From Rebecca billardiae RCC1528 (lineage: Eukaryota > Protista > Haptophyta): a stretch of 64,000 nucleotides of DNA. The notes beneath the pieces are model-generated. The model worked only from the letters and a program-made list of their open reading frames with translations, had not been told where the DNA came from and made no database searches. Every line of letters starts with the position of its first letter. The first letter of the stretch is position 1. A program made the translations under genes and the position numbers. The stretch covers positions 310,001-374,000 of the forward strand of contig OZ251222.1 in NCBI GenBank assembly GCA_965240325.2, given 5' to 3'. Positions 29,962-41,021 of this stretch are shown here, one piece after another.

Positions 29962-32172
29962 CTAGTCCACCTTGACCGCGGCGAAGATCTTCCACACGAA
30001 CCAGTAGCACGCGTAGAAGCCGATGGTCCCCGTCATGACGAAGAAGATGAGCGACGCGATCGCCATGTACCTGCGCGCGCGCGTCGTGGCGTGGGCATGG
30101 TGCGCGCGGGCGCAGGGCATCGTGAGCGTGGGCCGCGACAGCCGCGGGTGCGCGGCCGAGCCCGTGGTCGCGCGAGCGCGCACCCGAAGAAGAGGAGTCC
30201 GGAGACGAACTTCTCAATCTCGAGCTTGGTCGCAAAGTAGAAGATCGAGTAGAGGAAGAGGTACGCCGCCGACGAGCCCGACGTGAGGAACGAGCGCCAC
30301 CACCAGTGGTAGTCCTCCGCGCACAGCTGGAAGTAGCACATCACGACCGTGATCTCGGCGCACGTGATCACGAGGATCACAAACACGAGGAAGAGGAAGC
30401 CAAACACGTAGTAGAACTGGTGCAGCCAGATGGACGAGAGGATGAAGAAGAGCTCGATGAAGACCGCGCCGAACGGCAGCACGCCGCCCACAATGATCGA
30501 GAACGCCGGCTGCATGTACCACACCTGCTCGGGCACCTGCCGAGGGATCTGATTGGTCCGCACCGGGAAGTCGGGCACCTTCCGTTGGTACCCAAAGTAC
30601 GCGCCCAAGAAGCAGAGCGGCGTGGAGATGCCGAACCAGAGGAGCAGCAGCGCGACGAGCGTGCCGAACGGCACCGCCCCCGACGACGCCTCGCCCCAGA
30701 TGAAGAAGTTGAGCACGAAGAAGATCACGAAGACGACACCCGGGTAGAGCGTGGCGGTGAGCACGGTGTTCTGCTTCCAGTGCGCGCCGCCCTTGAGCGT
30801 CTTGAGCAGGTGCGCCGAGAGGAAGCCGGCGGGCACGCCCATGAACACGAAGAGCAGCACCATCGCCGTCATCAGCCCGCCGCGGTTCGCCGGCGAGAGG
30901 AAGCCGAGCACGGCGAACACCATCGTGATCATCAGCATGCCGAGGATCTGCGAGCCCGTGCCGGTCGAGACGCACAGCAGCATCGGGTTGGCGGGCGGTC
31001 GGAACACGTCGCCGTGCACGAGCTTCCAGCCCGTCTCCTCCTCCACCTGCGCGCGCGAACGAGAGAGAGAGAGAGAGCGAGGGAGAGAGAAGGGGCGAGG
31101 CGCGAGCGGACGGGCGGGCGCAGGTCGGCCGGCGCGGCGAGGGCACAGGCGCGCGCACGCGCCGCGTGCCGCGCGGCGCGCCACCGGCTCGGCGCAATCT
31201 CAGCCTCAATCTCGGCCTCGCGCGCGCGGCGCGCACCTCCTCAGCCACGTCGAGCTGGTTGTACCGCTGGAAGTCGCGGTGGAGGGTGCGCATCATGATC
31301 ATGGCGACCATGCCCGAGAGGAAGAGCACGATCATCAGCGAGTTGATGATGGAGAACCAGTGGATCTGCTCGTCGCCCATCAGCAGGTACGTGTCCCACC
31401 GGCTTGCCCATTTGATGTCCGAGTGCTCCCACTTCACGTCGTACGTGAACACGACCTCGCCGGGCTTGGTGAGCGGCTGCGGGCCGGCGCCGCCGCTGCA
31501 CGAGGTGAGCTTGGGCGGCGACGCGTCGTTCCACGCGCCGCTGTACGCGTGCTTCACGCTGCTCGGCTCCACCTCGAAGCCGACGATCCGCGAGCCCTCG
31601 AACGACGGGTCCTTGTGGTACTTGACCGTGATCGCGACGTGGTTGTTGAGGTACGAGACGCCCTCCTCGGTGCTCGGGATCTCGGTGGAGCCCTTGAAGC
31701 CCATCGGGAAGCCGACGTCGTACACCGTCACCGGCGCGCCCGGCACGCTGTCGTCGACAAACTTGGTCGCAGCGGGCAGGTTGTCCAGAATCCAGTGCAC
31801 GCGGTACTCTTCTGCCACGCGCAGGCTGAAGAGCTGCACCTCGTCGGTGGTGAGCTCCTTGCGGCAGAGCACCTTGCACGTCTCGTCCACGCCCATCCTC
31901 AGGTCGTACAGCGAGTTGACGATCCGGTCGCCACGCAGCACCTCGCCCAGGTTCTCGGCGACGTTCTCGATCGCGCCCGGCTTGCAGTACGGCATGCTGT
32001 AGTACTCATAGGGCAGCTGCGTCTTGGTGGACGTGAGCTTGTTCACCTTGAGCTCGACTTTCGCGCCTGTCGCGTACTCCTGCGGCGCCACGCCCGGCAG
32101 GTAGAACCCTGCCGCCGGCACCGCGAGGAGCAACGCCGCGGCCGCGGCCTTCGCGGCTCGTTGTGTCGCCAT
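29962..32172 (-). CDS. TM9SF: Transmembrane 9 superfamily (nonaspanin/EMP70) protein
   Basis: Exons 32172-31237, 31046-30184, 30070-29962. [66 protein letters not shown] and C-terminal KVD. Confidence 0.95.
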
Positions 32173-32326
32173 GGCGCACGCCGAGGGCAGCTGGGCAGGT
32201 GAGGCGTTGTGACCCGTCCGGGCGCTTTTGAGCGCCTCGCGCACCGGACCCGGCTTGAAAAATTGCCCGCCTGCTCACTCGGACGGCACGGTGCATGGGG
32301 GCCGCGCACCGCCCGCCGCTCCCGCC

Positions 32327-34056
32327 ATGATCGACTACAGCAAGGAGCAATGGGGCGGCACGCTCCACCTCATCGGCTCGGTTCTGCCGCGCTCGATCCC
32401 GCAGGCGCTCATCAGCGTCGCTGTTGTCTTTGCCGTGGTCGCGTACGCGCGGTTCGTCGAGAACACGTTTGCGCGCACGGAGGTGCAGACGCCGATCGGC
32501 GCGGTGGGCGACGAGGTGATTTACGAGTTCGCCGAGCACCCGTACGTGCACCAGATGGGGATGCTGTCCATCTCGTTTGTCATCGCCTTCCGTGTCAACC
32601 TCGCGTACAACCGATGTGAGCGCCGCGCCGCCGCTCGCGCACGTGCCGCCGCCGCGCGCCACCCGTTGCTCACGCGCGGCCCGCGCGCACGCGCGCCGCC
32701 AGACTGGGAGGGCCTGACGATGGTGCACAGCATGCGCTCCAAGTGGGTGGACGCCATCACGCAGCTCCTCGCCTTCGACGACCCGATCTCCCTCGGCCCG
32801 CACCCCGAGAACACGACGGGCTTCAAGGTGATGATCGCTCACCTCTTCTCGCTGCTGCACGCCGTGGCGATGCTCGAGATCAAGGGCGTGTGGGACGTGC
32901 GCTGCCTCATCTCGAGGCGGCCGGAGCAGCTCGCGACGCCCGTCACGCTGATGACCATGATGTTCCCCTGGCTCCGCACCTTCTACATGCACGAGGAGAA
33001 CCGCCACCGGTACATCCAGATGGAGGTGCTCGGCGGCGTGGACGAGCGCGCGCTCGACCAGCTGCTCAGTATTGGCGACCACGGCTGGGTCGAGTTCGTG
33101 CACGCGCGGATCATTCGGGTGATCTGCGATCGGATGACGAGCGGCGGGCTCAACTTCCCCCCGCCGATCATCTCGCGCATCTTCCAGGAGATCTCGACCG
33201 GCACGCTCATGTCGGCGAGCGCGCAGAAGATTGCGCAGGTGCCGTTCCCGTGGCCTTTCTTCGACGTGATGCGGCTGATCAAGTACTACTTCCTGCTCAC
33301 CGGCCCGCTGGTGATCGTCTCGTTCACGACGCACGTCAGCGTCGCCGTCTTCCTCTCGTTCCTCTCCTCCCTCTTCTTCGTCGCGATCAACGAGGTCGCC
33401 GAGGAGCTCGAGGACCCCTTCGGAGAGGTGCGTGCGCGCAGCCCGCGCGCGCGCGCGGCGGCCGAGTGGCCACAGCACCGCACGGCGGTGGCGGGGCTCA
33501 CGCGACTCACGCGGCGCCGGTCGGCCGCACCTGCCCTCCCCTGCAGGACGCCAACGACCTGCCCCTGAACGACCTGCACAAGGAGTTCAACGAGATCCTG
33601 TACAAGATGATCTTCATGCCGCGCCTCGAGACGGACGTGCTCTCGTCGGCGAAGGGGCGCAACTTCCAGGCGCACCTCAAGGACTCGATGGTGCGCCGGT
33701 TTGGCAAGGCGAGCGAGTCGACGCGCCGCTTCCGGAGCTACCTCGTCGGCGGGAGCAACGAGCGCTCGCTCCACGGCGTCGTGCAGTCGTCGGACCTGGC
33801 GCTCGAAATCCCGCGCGGCGAGTCCTCCATCACGCCGGCGGACCAGCGGGCGCAGCACGCCCCGGCGGATGGCTCGGCGGCGCGCCGCGGCTCCTGGCTG
33901 AGAACGATGTTTGTGTCGGGCCGCCCACGAGCCGGCAGCGACTCGAGCGCGCCGCCTGGCCCACCCTCGCCCCGCAGCGGCGCCAGCAGTCACCACAAGC
34001 GAGCTCGCAACAGCCAAGGGGATACGAGGTCACCACGGATAGCCGTGCGCACCTGA
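32327..34056 (+). CDS. Bestrophin-family (UPF0187/VCCN-like) anion channel
   Basis: Exons 32327-32615, 32703-33427, 33547-34056. Splicing restores FRVNLAYNRYWEG, KIAQVPFPWPF and ELEDPFGEDANDLPL. Confidence 0.9.
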
Positions 34057-34277
34057 CCCGAGGTCCCCGCGAGATGACTCATCGATCGCCTCATCACTCA
34101 TCAGTCATCGGCGCCTGCCCGGCTGCCCGCCCGGACGGGCCGCGGCGCCGCGCCGCCGAGCAGCATCAGCCGGGCAGCCGCCTTGTCACGGGAGAATCTG
34201 GTGACGATTCATCTCAACTTGCTTATAAGCTGATGGGCGCGCGCGCGCGAATACTGCTGCCGACACCATATGTAATA

Positions 34278-36896
34278 CTAGCCGGCCATGATGACCGTCG
34301 GAGTCGCCTGCTCGTCGTGACGTGCCGCAGCCGACGACGCGCGCGGGCCGTCGAGCGCGCCGCCGAGGCCGAGCTCGCCGAGCGCGGCGGCGCGGCCGTC
34401 GAAGCTGCAGCGCACGCGCAGCACCGTGGCCGCTGCGTCGGGCAGCACCCGCCGCGCCTCGCGCAGGTCCGCCGGCTCGATGTGCGCGGGCACGACCACG
34501 GGCAGGGCGCAGCGCAGGATCGGGTCGAGGTGGCGCAGCGAGTCGGGCGTGGTTGGCGTGCTCGCGTCGAGCGCGCACGCGCCGTCCCCGCCCGGGTCGC
34601 GCGCCGCGTACTCAAACTCGCCAGACAGGATGGCGCGCACCGACGGCGGCGCAGGGCATTCGGCGGCGGGGACGCGCTCGAGCGAGAGCGTCCACGGGCC
34701 GAAGGCGTGCGTCTCGCCCACGCGCACCTCGCACCGCGCGGCGGCGCCGCGCCCCTCGTCCAGCCCGCGCGCGCGCCGCCACCACCACTCGGCCGCGTGC
34801 TCCACCCACGTGCGGCGCGCGACGATGGGCGGGAAGAAGGCCGCTCGGAAGATCACGAGCTGGCCTCCGTCGAAGAGGAGCGTGCGGTTGTCGCGCTTGA
34901 GGCTGAGCCAGCCCTCGAAGGGCGGCGTGCGGCGCAGGTGGCGCAGCAGGTTGAGCACAGACTTGTCGCGCACCAGCCCGGTGCCCAGCCGCTGCTCGCA
35001 CACGCCGCGCAGCGCCTCAGCCCACCAGAGCGGCGGCATGTGCGCGTGCACGGCCGCGGGCAGCAGCGCGCACGCGCCCGTCACGCGCACCGAGCGCCAG
35101 AACGGCTCGAGCAGCTGCGCGTGCACGAGGCCGCGCAGCGCGCGCGCGTCCGCCGCGAGCGCGCCCAGGTGCGCGCTGAACCCCGCGCCGTACATGTCGT
35201 GCAGCAGCGGCCAGAGCCGCTCGCGCGTCTTGCCGCGCGTCGACCAGCCCGGCGTGCTGTCCCGGAGCCAGGGCACGCCGTGCGCGCGCGCGAGCGCGTA
35301 GATCTCGGGCTTGGCGTGCGCGAGCAAGGGGCGCCACACGCGCACGGCGGAGACGAGCGACTCGGGCTCCATCCCGCCCAGCTCGAGCAGCGACACGCCC
35401 TTCATCACGTTCGACACCACGTTCTCGTGCACGTCGCCCGCGTGGTGGCCGAACAGCACCGCGGCCGCGCCGGACTGCGCGAGCACGGACCGATACGTGG
35501 CGTATCTCGCCTGCCGCGAGATCGCCTCGTACTCGTCGCGCGCGGTGACGCCGCGGCGCACCTCGCTCACCACGCGCTTGCGGAAGCCGATCCCGCGAGC
35601 CGCGCACCAGCCCTCCACGAACGCCGCCTCCGCCGCGCTCTCGCGCCGGTTGGCGTAGTCGATGTGCACGGCCAGGACGGGCGGGCGCGGGGCCTCGAGC
35701 GAAGACGCGCGCGCTGCCGCGGCCGCGGCGGGCGCGTCCGCGCTCGGCGGGTGGGTCTTGCCCCAGCGCCGCTCGCCGCGGCCGCGGCCGCGGCCTCGGC
35801 CGCGCCCACGAGCCCGTCCGCCGTCCTCACCGACGCCGCCGCCGCCACTGTCGCCCCCAACCCGCCCGCCCTCATCAGCCGCCGCCGCCGCCTCGGCCGG
35901 CGCGGCCTCGGCCGGCGCGGCGCTCGGCCCCCGAGCTGAGGGCGACGCTTCGAGGGGAGCGTCGGCGTCGGCGCGGCACGCGCGCTCGGGTGCGTCGAGC
36001 GGGAGCGTGCACAGCGCGTGCACCAGCGTCGCCACCACCATCGAGTCCACGCCGCCCGAGAGCGAGACGACGATGGGCGGCGCGTTCGGGGCGAGTGCGC
36101 CCCGCGCGCGCAGGAAGGCGGCCATGCTGGCACACAGACGCTCAGCTCGGATGGCGGCGAGGTCGGGCGGGCCGGGCGCGGGGAGGTGCTCGAGGATGTC
36201 GTCGGGGTCGCCGCTCGTCGAGCCGCGCAGGTGCAGCAGCCGCGACTCCGTCGCGCGGCGGAAGCGCCCCAGCGCCTCCGCCTCCGCCGCGTCGCGCGCC
36301 GCTCGCGCCGCCGTCAGCGCCTGCACTCTCTCCAGCCGAGGCAACGTCGGCGAGTGCCGGAGCGGCATGAGGGCGAAGACGAGCTGCGCGCTCGGCAGCG
36401 CGTCGTGCCAGCCCCGCGCAAGCAGCTCCTCCGCGCACGCCAGGGCGCGCGCGTCCGCGCGCGCCGCGTCCGCGTCGTCTGCCGTGCCGCGGGCGCGCGC
36501 GCGGCGCGTGTGGCGCGCGAGCTGATCGAGCACGACGATCAGCGCGAGCAGCGCGCGCGGGTGGGCGCGCCAGTGGTCGAGGCGGCCGGCGCAGGCGCTC
36601 TCGACCAGGCCTGAGAAGCGACGGACCACCTCGGCGTCGATCGACGCCTGCGCCGTCGAGCCGTGCGGCGCAAACCAGCGCGCGCGCACGCGCTCGGCAG
36701 GGTCGCCGCCAAACCAAAAGTCGAGCACAGCCTCGGCGTCGGCGGGCGCGCGTGTCGGCGGAGGGAGGGGCGGATGTGCGGCGGAGGGCACAGCCGCCGC
36801 GTGCGCCCGCCGCCGACTGTGCGCGCGCCACCACGCCCAGGCGCATACGCACGCCGCGCACGCCCCTCCGAGCAGCGCGAGGCGCGTCGCCGCCAT
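34278..36896 (-). CDS. tilS: DUF924 plus tRNA(Ile)-lysidine synthetase (TilS)-like PP-loop ATPase fusion
   Basis: N-terminal VLDFWFG...W...IDAEV..RF...LALIVVLDQLAR...FALMPLRHS (DUF924). VSLSGGVDSMV, HIDYANR, RQARY, FGHHAGDVHEN, VWRPLL...KPEI and DSTPGWSTRG (TilS). Hydrophobic N-terminal anchor. Confidence 0.8.
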   Translation of the reverse strand: MAATRLALLGGACAACVCAWAWWRAHSRRRAHAAAVPSAAHPPLPPPTRAPADAEAVLDFWFGGDPAERVRARWFAPHGSTAQASIDAEVVRRFSGLVESACAGRLDHWRAHPRALLALIVVLDQLARHTRRARARGTADDADAARADARALACAEELLARGWHDALPSAQLVFALMPLRHSPTLPRLERVQALTAARAARDAAEAEALGRFRRATESRLLHLRGSTSGDPDDILEHLPAPGPPDLAAIRAERLCASMAAFLRARGALAPNAPPIVVSLSGGVDSMVVATLVHALCTLPLDAPERACRADADAPLEASPSARGPSAAPAEAAPAEAAAAADEGGRVGGDSGGGGVGEDGGRARGRGRGRGRGRGERRWGKTHPPSADAPAAAAAARASSLEAPRPPVLAVHIDYANRRESAAEAAFVEGWCAARGIGFRKRVVSEVRRGVTARDEYEAISRQARYATYRSVLAQSGAAAVLFGHHAGDVHENVVSNVMKGVSLLELGGMEPESLVSAVRVWRPLLAHAKPEIYALARAHGVPWLRDSTPGWSTRGKTRERLWPLLHDMYGAGFSAHLGALAADARALRGLVHAQLLEPFWRSVRVTGACALLPAAVHAHMPPLWWAEALRGVCEQRLGTGLVRDKSVLNLLRHLRRTPPFEGWLSLKRDNRTLLFDGGQLVIFRAAFFPPIVARRTWVEHAAEWWWRRARGLDEGRGAAARCEVRVGETHAFGPWTLSLERVPAAECPAPPSVRAILSGEFEYAARDPGGDGACALDASTPTTPDSLRHLDPILRCALPVVVPAHIEPADLREARRVLPDAAATVLRVRCSFDGRAAALGELGLGGALDGPRASSAAARHDEQATPTVIMAG

Positions 36897-37200
36897 GCCG
36901 AGAGGCTGCCCTGCCGCTGGGACTTTTTCGTATCATATTCATCAGATCATCAACCACTTTACTTGTACTACATATTCCACTGCTGCTATGCGTATTCATC
37001 ATGCTACAGTTTTTGATAGCCCTCGAAGCAATGTTGGGTGTTCTTGAGTAAGCGATCCCGAGCGGGATCCGTGTGACGCCGCGTCGCGCTCCCTGATTGG
37101 AGGAGGCTGTCGGAGGATCCAGTCCTGGGCAAGATCCCCTCCAGAAGTTGTTCCCTCTGCTCCGGGCCGCCCGCGCGCCCCTCGCCCGTGGAGGACGACG

Positions 37201-40200
37201 ATGGCCTTCGACGAGGACGAACGCGACATGCTGGGCCTATCGACGCGCGAGGTCTCGTCGACGATCCACAGGCTCGATGGCATCGTCGAGCAGATCCCAT
37301 TCGCCTCGGCGCACCAAGTGAAGCCGCTCGCGCCCGAGCAGCTTGAGAGCCTGACGGCGTGCGGTGAGGCCTCGGCCGCCGCGGCGGCGGGCGAGGGGGA
37401 CAGGTTCCACTTCGAGAAGGCCGGCGCGAAGGGCAAGTACCACGAGCGTGGGTCGGCCTCCGAGGAGGACTACGCCGTCGAGCGCCGGCGCGCGCTCATG
37501 AAGCGGCCGAGGGTCGTCGCGGCGCTCGCCAAGTTTTGGCGCGCGGCCGGCCTGGCCGAGCACGACCGCATGGACCGCGAGCACTACACGATGATCCTGG
37601 AGCGCGTGTCGCGCGCGCTCGGCGTGGTGAGGATGACGGACGACGACCCGGTCGCCCGCTCGCGCGCGCTCGCGCGCATGGACTGGGAGCGCGACGTGCG
37701 GCGCGGCGGCGAGGGCGCGACGGATATGCGGCTGAGCGTGTGGTGCGCCGCCATGTTCGAGCTGGTGGACACGTGGGTTGAGGGCGCGAGCGAGGACGAG
37801 TACGTGGCGTTCCTCTCGACGCTGTACCGCCGGATCACCCGCTTCTCCGCCCAGCCCATCATCGACGCCTTCCTCCGCGCCCAGCGCCGCCCGCCCGCCG
37901 AGGACAGCATCCAGGCGCTGATGCGATCGATCGCCACCCTTGGCGAGCTCGCCTCGGCGCCGCGCGAGCTGCTGCCCGCGGAGGAGGTGCGCGTGGACGA
38001 GCTGATCGGCGACACGGCGAGTGAGACAGCCTCCGCCCCCGACGACGCGCCGGCCGCGGACGAGACGCCCATCGCCGCCGTCCGCCGCGAGACGCGCCGC
38101 GTGCGCGCCGCGCTGCGGCGCAAGCAGCGCGCCGAGGCGCAGCGCGCGCCGGCCGCGAGCGCGCCCGACATGTCCAGGCTGCAGGAGGCGCTGGAGGCGG
38201 CGTCCGCGGCGGGCGCGGTCGAGCCGCTCGCGCTCGCGGAGGCGGCGGACGCCCTCGTCGACGGGCTCGCGGTCGAGGTCGTCGAGAAGGCCGCGGCGAT
38301 GGAGGCGATCGCCGTCGCGGCAACCCCCGCGCGCGGCTCCTCGCAGCTGCAGCCGCCCTCCTCGCCCGCCAGGCCGAGCCTGAGCGTGGCCGGGCCGGCG
38401 TCGCCGCTCAGGTCGCCGCAGAGGCACGGCTCGCAGTGGGCGCAGCGCGCGCCCGAGGTGCCGCCATCGCCCACCGTGCCCAAGTCCGTCGTCGAGGTCG
38501 CCTTCCGGGAGGCAGCGGACGCCGGCTTCACGCCGTGGTCGTCTGCCAAGGTGGACATGGTTGGCCAGTGGCGGAGGCGCGCCACGGCCGCGGCCGGCTC
38601 GACGAGCTCGGCGAGCGGCCGGGCGCCGCTGGCGGCGAGCGCGGCGCAGCGCGCGAGCGCGCTCGAGGACAAGAGCGCGCGCCTCGAGATGAACGCAGCG
38701 CTCATGCGCGAGAAGGCCGACGCCAAAGCGCGCGAGCTCGAGGACAGACTGCGCGCAGAGCTGGGCGCACAGCTCCAGTCCAAGGCGGCGGCGCGCTCGG
38801 CCGCGGCGCGCGCCGCGGCGGCCGCGACGCGCGGCGCGAGGCAGCCGGGCGGGGCGCGCGTGAGCGCGGGCGCGGGCGCGCGCCCCGGCGTGAGCCTCGG
38901 CCCCATCGCCGGCCGTGGAGCCAAGCCCACCGCCGACGCGCCCGCGGCGGCCGCCGAGGGCGCGGCCGATTCGCTCGGCGCGGCCACGGCCATCGAGCCC
39001 GCACTGCCGCCCGCGCCGCCGCCCGCACTGCCGCCCGCGCTGCCGCCCGCGCCCATCCAGGTGTGGGATGACGAGCCGAGCGCGCCCGTGGGCGCGGGCA
39101 CGGGCAGCGCGGGCAGCGCGGGCGGCGCCCGCCCGCTCACCTCGCCCTCCGACGCTTCGGCCGCCGCCCGGCCGCTCGGCGCGGGCGCGCCTTCGCCGGA
39201 GATGCGAGGCCTGGCGCGCTCGCCCGGCGCGGCCGCTCGCCGGTCGCCGCAGCTGCGTGGCGCAGGTCAGGAGCAGGGCAGCCCGAAGGACGGTCGGGGC
39301 CTGCACGCGCCGCTACCGCCGCGCGCCGCCGCGCGCCCCGGCCGCGGATCGCTACCGCCGCTCGGCTCACCCGCCTCGCCATCCTCGCCGGTGGCAGTTG
39401 ACGAAGCAGGCTTTGACAGCGGCGCACCCGCGCTGATGGCTGGCGGGGGCGCGGCGCTGGGCGCGCAGCCCGTGGCTGGCGCTGCGGGCGCGGGCGCCGA
39501 CCTGGCCGCAGCCACGTCCCCGCCGCCGCCGGCGCGGCCCCGGCTGTCGAATGCGGGCGTGGCGCTGGGCGCGCAGCCAGTGGCCGCGGCTGGCGCCGCG
39601 GGCGCGGGCGCCGACCCGGCCGCAGCCACGTCCGCGCCGCCGCCGGCGCGGCCACGGCAGTCGATTGCTCGCCCCACGCGCCGATCGGCCGCGGCCGCCA
39701 CGGCCACGGCCGCCGCGGCCGCCGCGGCCGCGGAGGCCGCGGCTGCCCCCGCCGCCGAGCACTTGGCCGAGCCGACGGCGCTGACGCCGGAGCCCCCTCG
39801 CCCGGGGATGCCGCCCCGGGCTGCGTCCGCAGTCCGGGCGGCCAACCTCGGCGACATTGTCTTTGCTGACTCGAGCGCGGAGGAGAAGGAAGCGCCGTCG
39901 GCGACGCACCAGCCGGCGATGCCTGCGCGGCGTGCGCCCGTCGGGCTCGCGTCGCGGCAGCAGCGGGCGTCGCGTGGCACGCCCGCGCTCAGTGCGCCCG
40001 CCGGCCCGCTGCCGCCTCTCTCCCGTCCGCCGCCATCGCCAGAGGGCAGCTCGCGGCTGCAGCTGCCGTCGCGCACAGACACGCTGAGCGGCCTGAGCGC
40101 GATCGCCTCCTCAGGCTCGTCCAACAACCTGACAGCGCTCGCCGGCAGTGTCGCCGCCTCACCGAGGGCACCCGACCGCCAGGCCACCCTCTCCTTGCTC

Positions 40201-40275
40201 GCCACGGACGTCAAGCCGCGGACGCCGCCGCCGCCGCCGCGCCGAAGCCTGCGCGGCGACAGCTTTCGCAAGTAG
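37201..40275 (+). CDS. Hypothetical protein with N-terminal EF-hand-like helical domain and long low-complexity tail
   Basis: 1024-aa ORF with a globular first ~250 aa (DWERD...MFELVDTWVEG...YVAFL), then Ala/Pro/Ser-rich sequence with an internal duplication GAQPVA...ADxAAATS.PPPARPR. Confidence 0.7.
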   Translation: MAFDEDERDMLGLSTREVSSTIHRLDGIVEQIPFASAHQVKPLAPEQLESLTACGEASAAAAAGEGDRFHFEKAGAKGKYHERGSASEEDYAVERRRALMKRPRVVAALAKFWRAAGLAEHDRMDREHYTMILERVSRALGVVRMTDDDPVARSRALARMDWERDVRRGGEGATDMRLSVWCAAMFELVDTWVEGASEDEYVAFLSTLYRRITRFSAQPIIDAFLRAQRRPPAEDSIQALMRSIATLGELASAPRELLPAEEVRVDELIGDTASETASAPDDAPAADETPIAAVRRETRRVRAALRRKQRAEAQRAPAASAPDMSRLQEALEAASAAGAVEPLALAEAADALVDGLAVEVVEKAAAMEAIAVAATPARGSSQLQPPSSPARPSLSVAGPASPLRSPQRHGSQWAQRAPEVPPSPTVPKSVVEVAFREAADAGFTPWSSAKVDMVGQWRRRATAAAGSTSSASGRAPLAASAAQRASALEDKSARLEMNAALMREKADAKARELEDRLRAELGAQLQSKAAARSAAARAAAAATRGARQPGGARVSAGAGARPGVSLGPIAGRGAKPTADAPAAAAEGAADSLGAATAIEPALPPAPPPALPPALPPAPIQVWDDEPSAPVGAGTGSAGSAGGARPLTSPSDASAAARPLGAGAPSPEMRGLARSPGAAARRSPQLRGAGQEQGSPKDGRGLHAPLPPRAAARPGRGSLPPLGSPASPSSPVAVDEAGFDSGAPALMAGGGAALGAQPVAGAAGAGADLAAATSPPPPARPRLSNAGVALGAQPVAAAGAAGAGADPAAATSAPPPARPRQSIARPTRRSAAAATATAAAAAAAAEAAAAPAAEHLAEPTALTPEPPRPGMPPRAASAVRAANLGDIVFADSSAEEKEAPSATHQPAMPARRAPVGLASRQQRASRGTPALSAPAGPLPPLSRPPPSPEGSSRLQLPSRTDTLSGLSAIASSGSSNNLTALAGSVAASPRAPDRQATLSLLATDVKPRTPPPPPRRSLRGDSFRK

Positions 40276-40357
40276 CCGACGCCGTGACCCACTACCACGT
40301 GAACGATTGGCAGTGGCACTTGAACTTTGCGGCCAGGATGCGGCGTTTTTTGTTCTA

Positions 40358-40988
40358 CAGGGGGGTCCAGATGGTGGCGGGTACTTCGATGGTGGCTGGC
40401 CAGGTAGTGCGGCACGTCCGTGCCTCTGGACGGGCATTGAGCCGTGGCGAGGTCGCCAAATCGCGCGGCGTGGTCCCAGAGAAGGCTGCTGCTATCACTG
40501 ACCAGCTTGCTAGCCATGCCGGTCGTTGATCACCCCGCCGTTGACAGGCGCGCACACGCCACGCGTAATCGCATGGCAGCCGTGTCGGACGGCGGTCGCA
40601 CGACTACCGCGTAGCCAACATTGATCGTCAGACTCACGACTTGTGGGGTCAGGCAGAACATTGATAGGTCTGCACCCTCGCCTGGCATGCCCCAGAGGTC
40701 AACACAGCCATCAGAAGGGTGATCCTGCCCACTACTTGCCCATCCTTCCCATGCGCAGTCTCGCGCGCGCCGGTCACACGATGACGTGGACGTGGACGTG
40801 AGAGTGGTCGAAAAGTCGGAAGGGAAGCTGTCACTCACGCACGCGCGCTCGTACGGCGACGCCGACCGGCGTGTGGCATGCCCCCCGGTCCCGTACGTGC
40901 CACACGCGCCTTGGATCGTGGTGGGACGGCCATTCACGCCCGCCATGGCTTCCCTTCAAAACTCCCCAACTTCATCTGGACCCCCCTG
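40358..40988. mobile_element. Non-autonomous Tc1/mariner-type DNA transposon (631 bp)
   Basis: Perfect 16-bp TIRs CAGGGGGGTCCAGATG / CATCTGGACCCCCCTG, each flanked by TA. Confidence 0.88.
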
Positions 40989-41021
40989 TATTGTATGCAA
41001 GTCGGACTACGATATCGAGGA

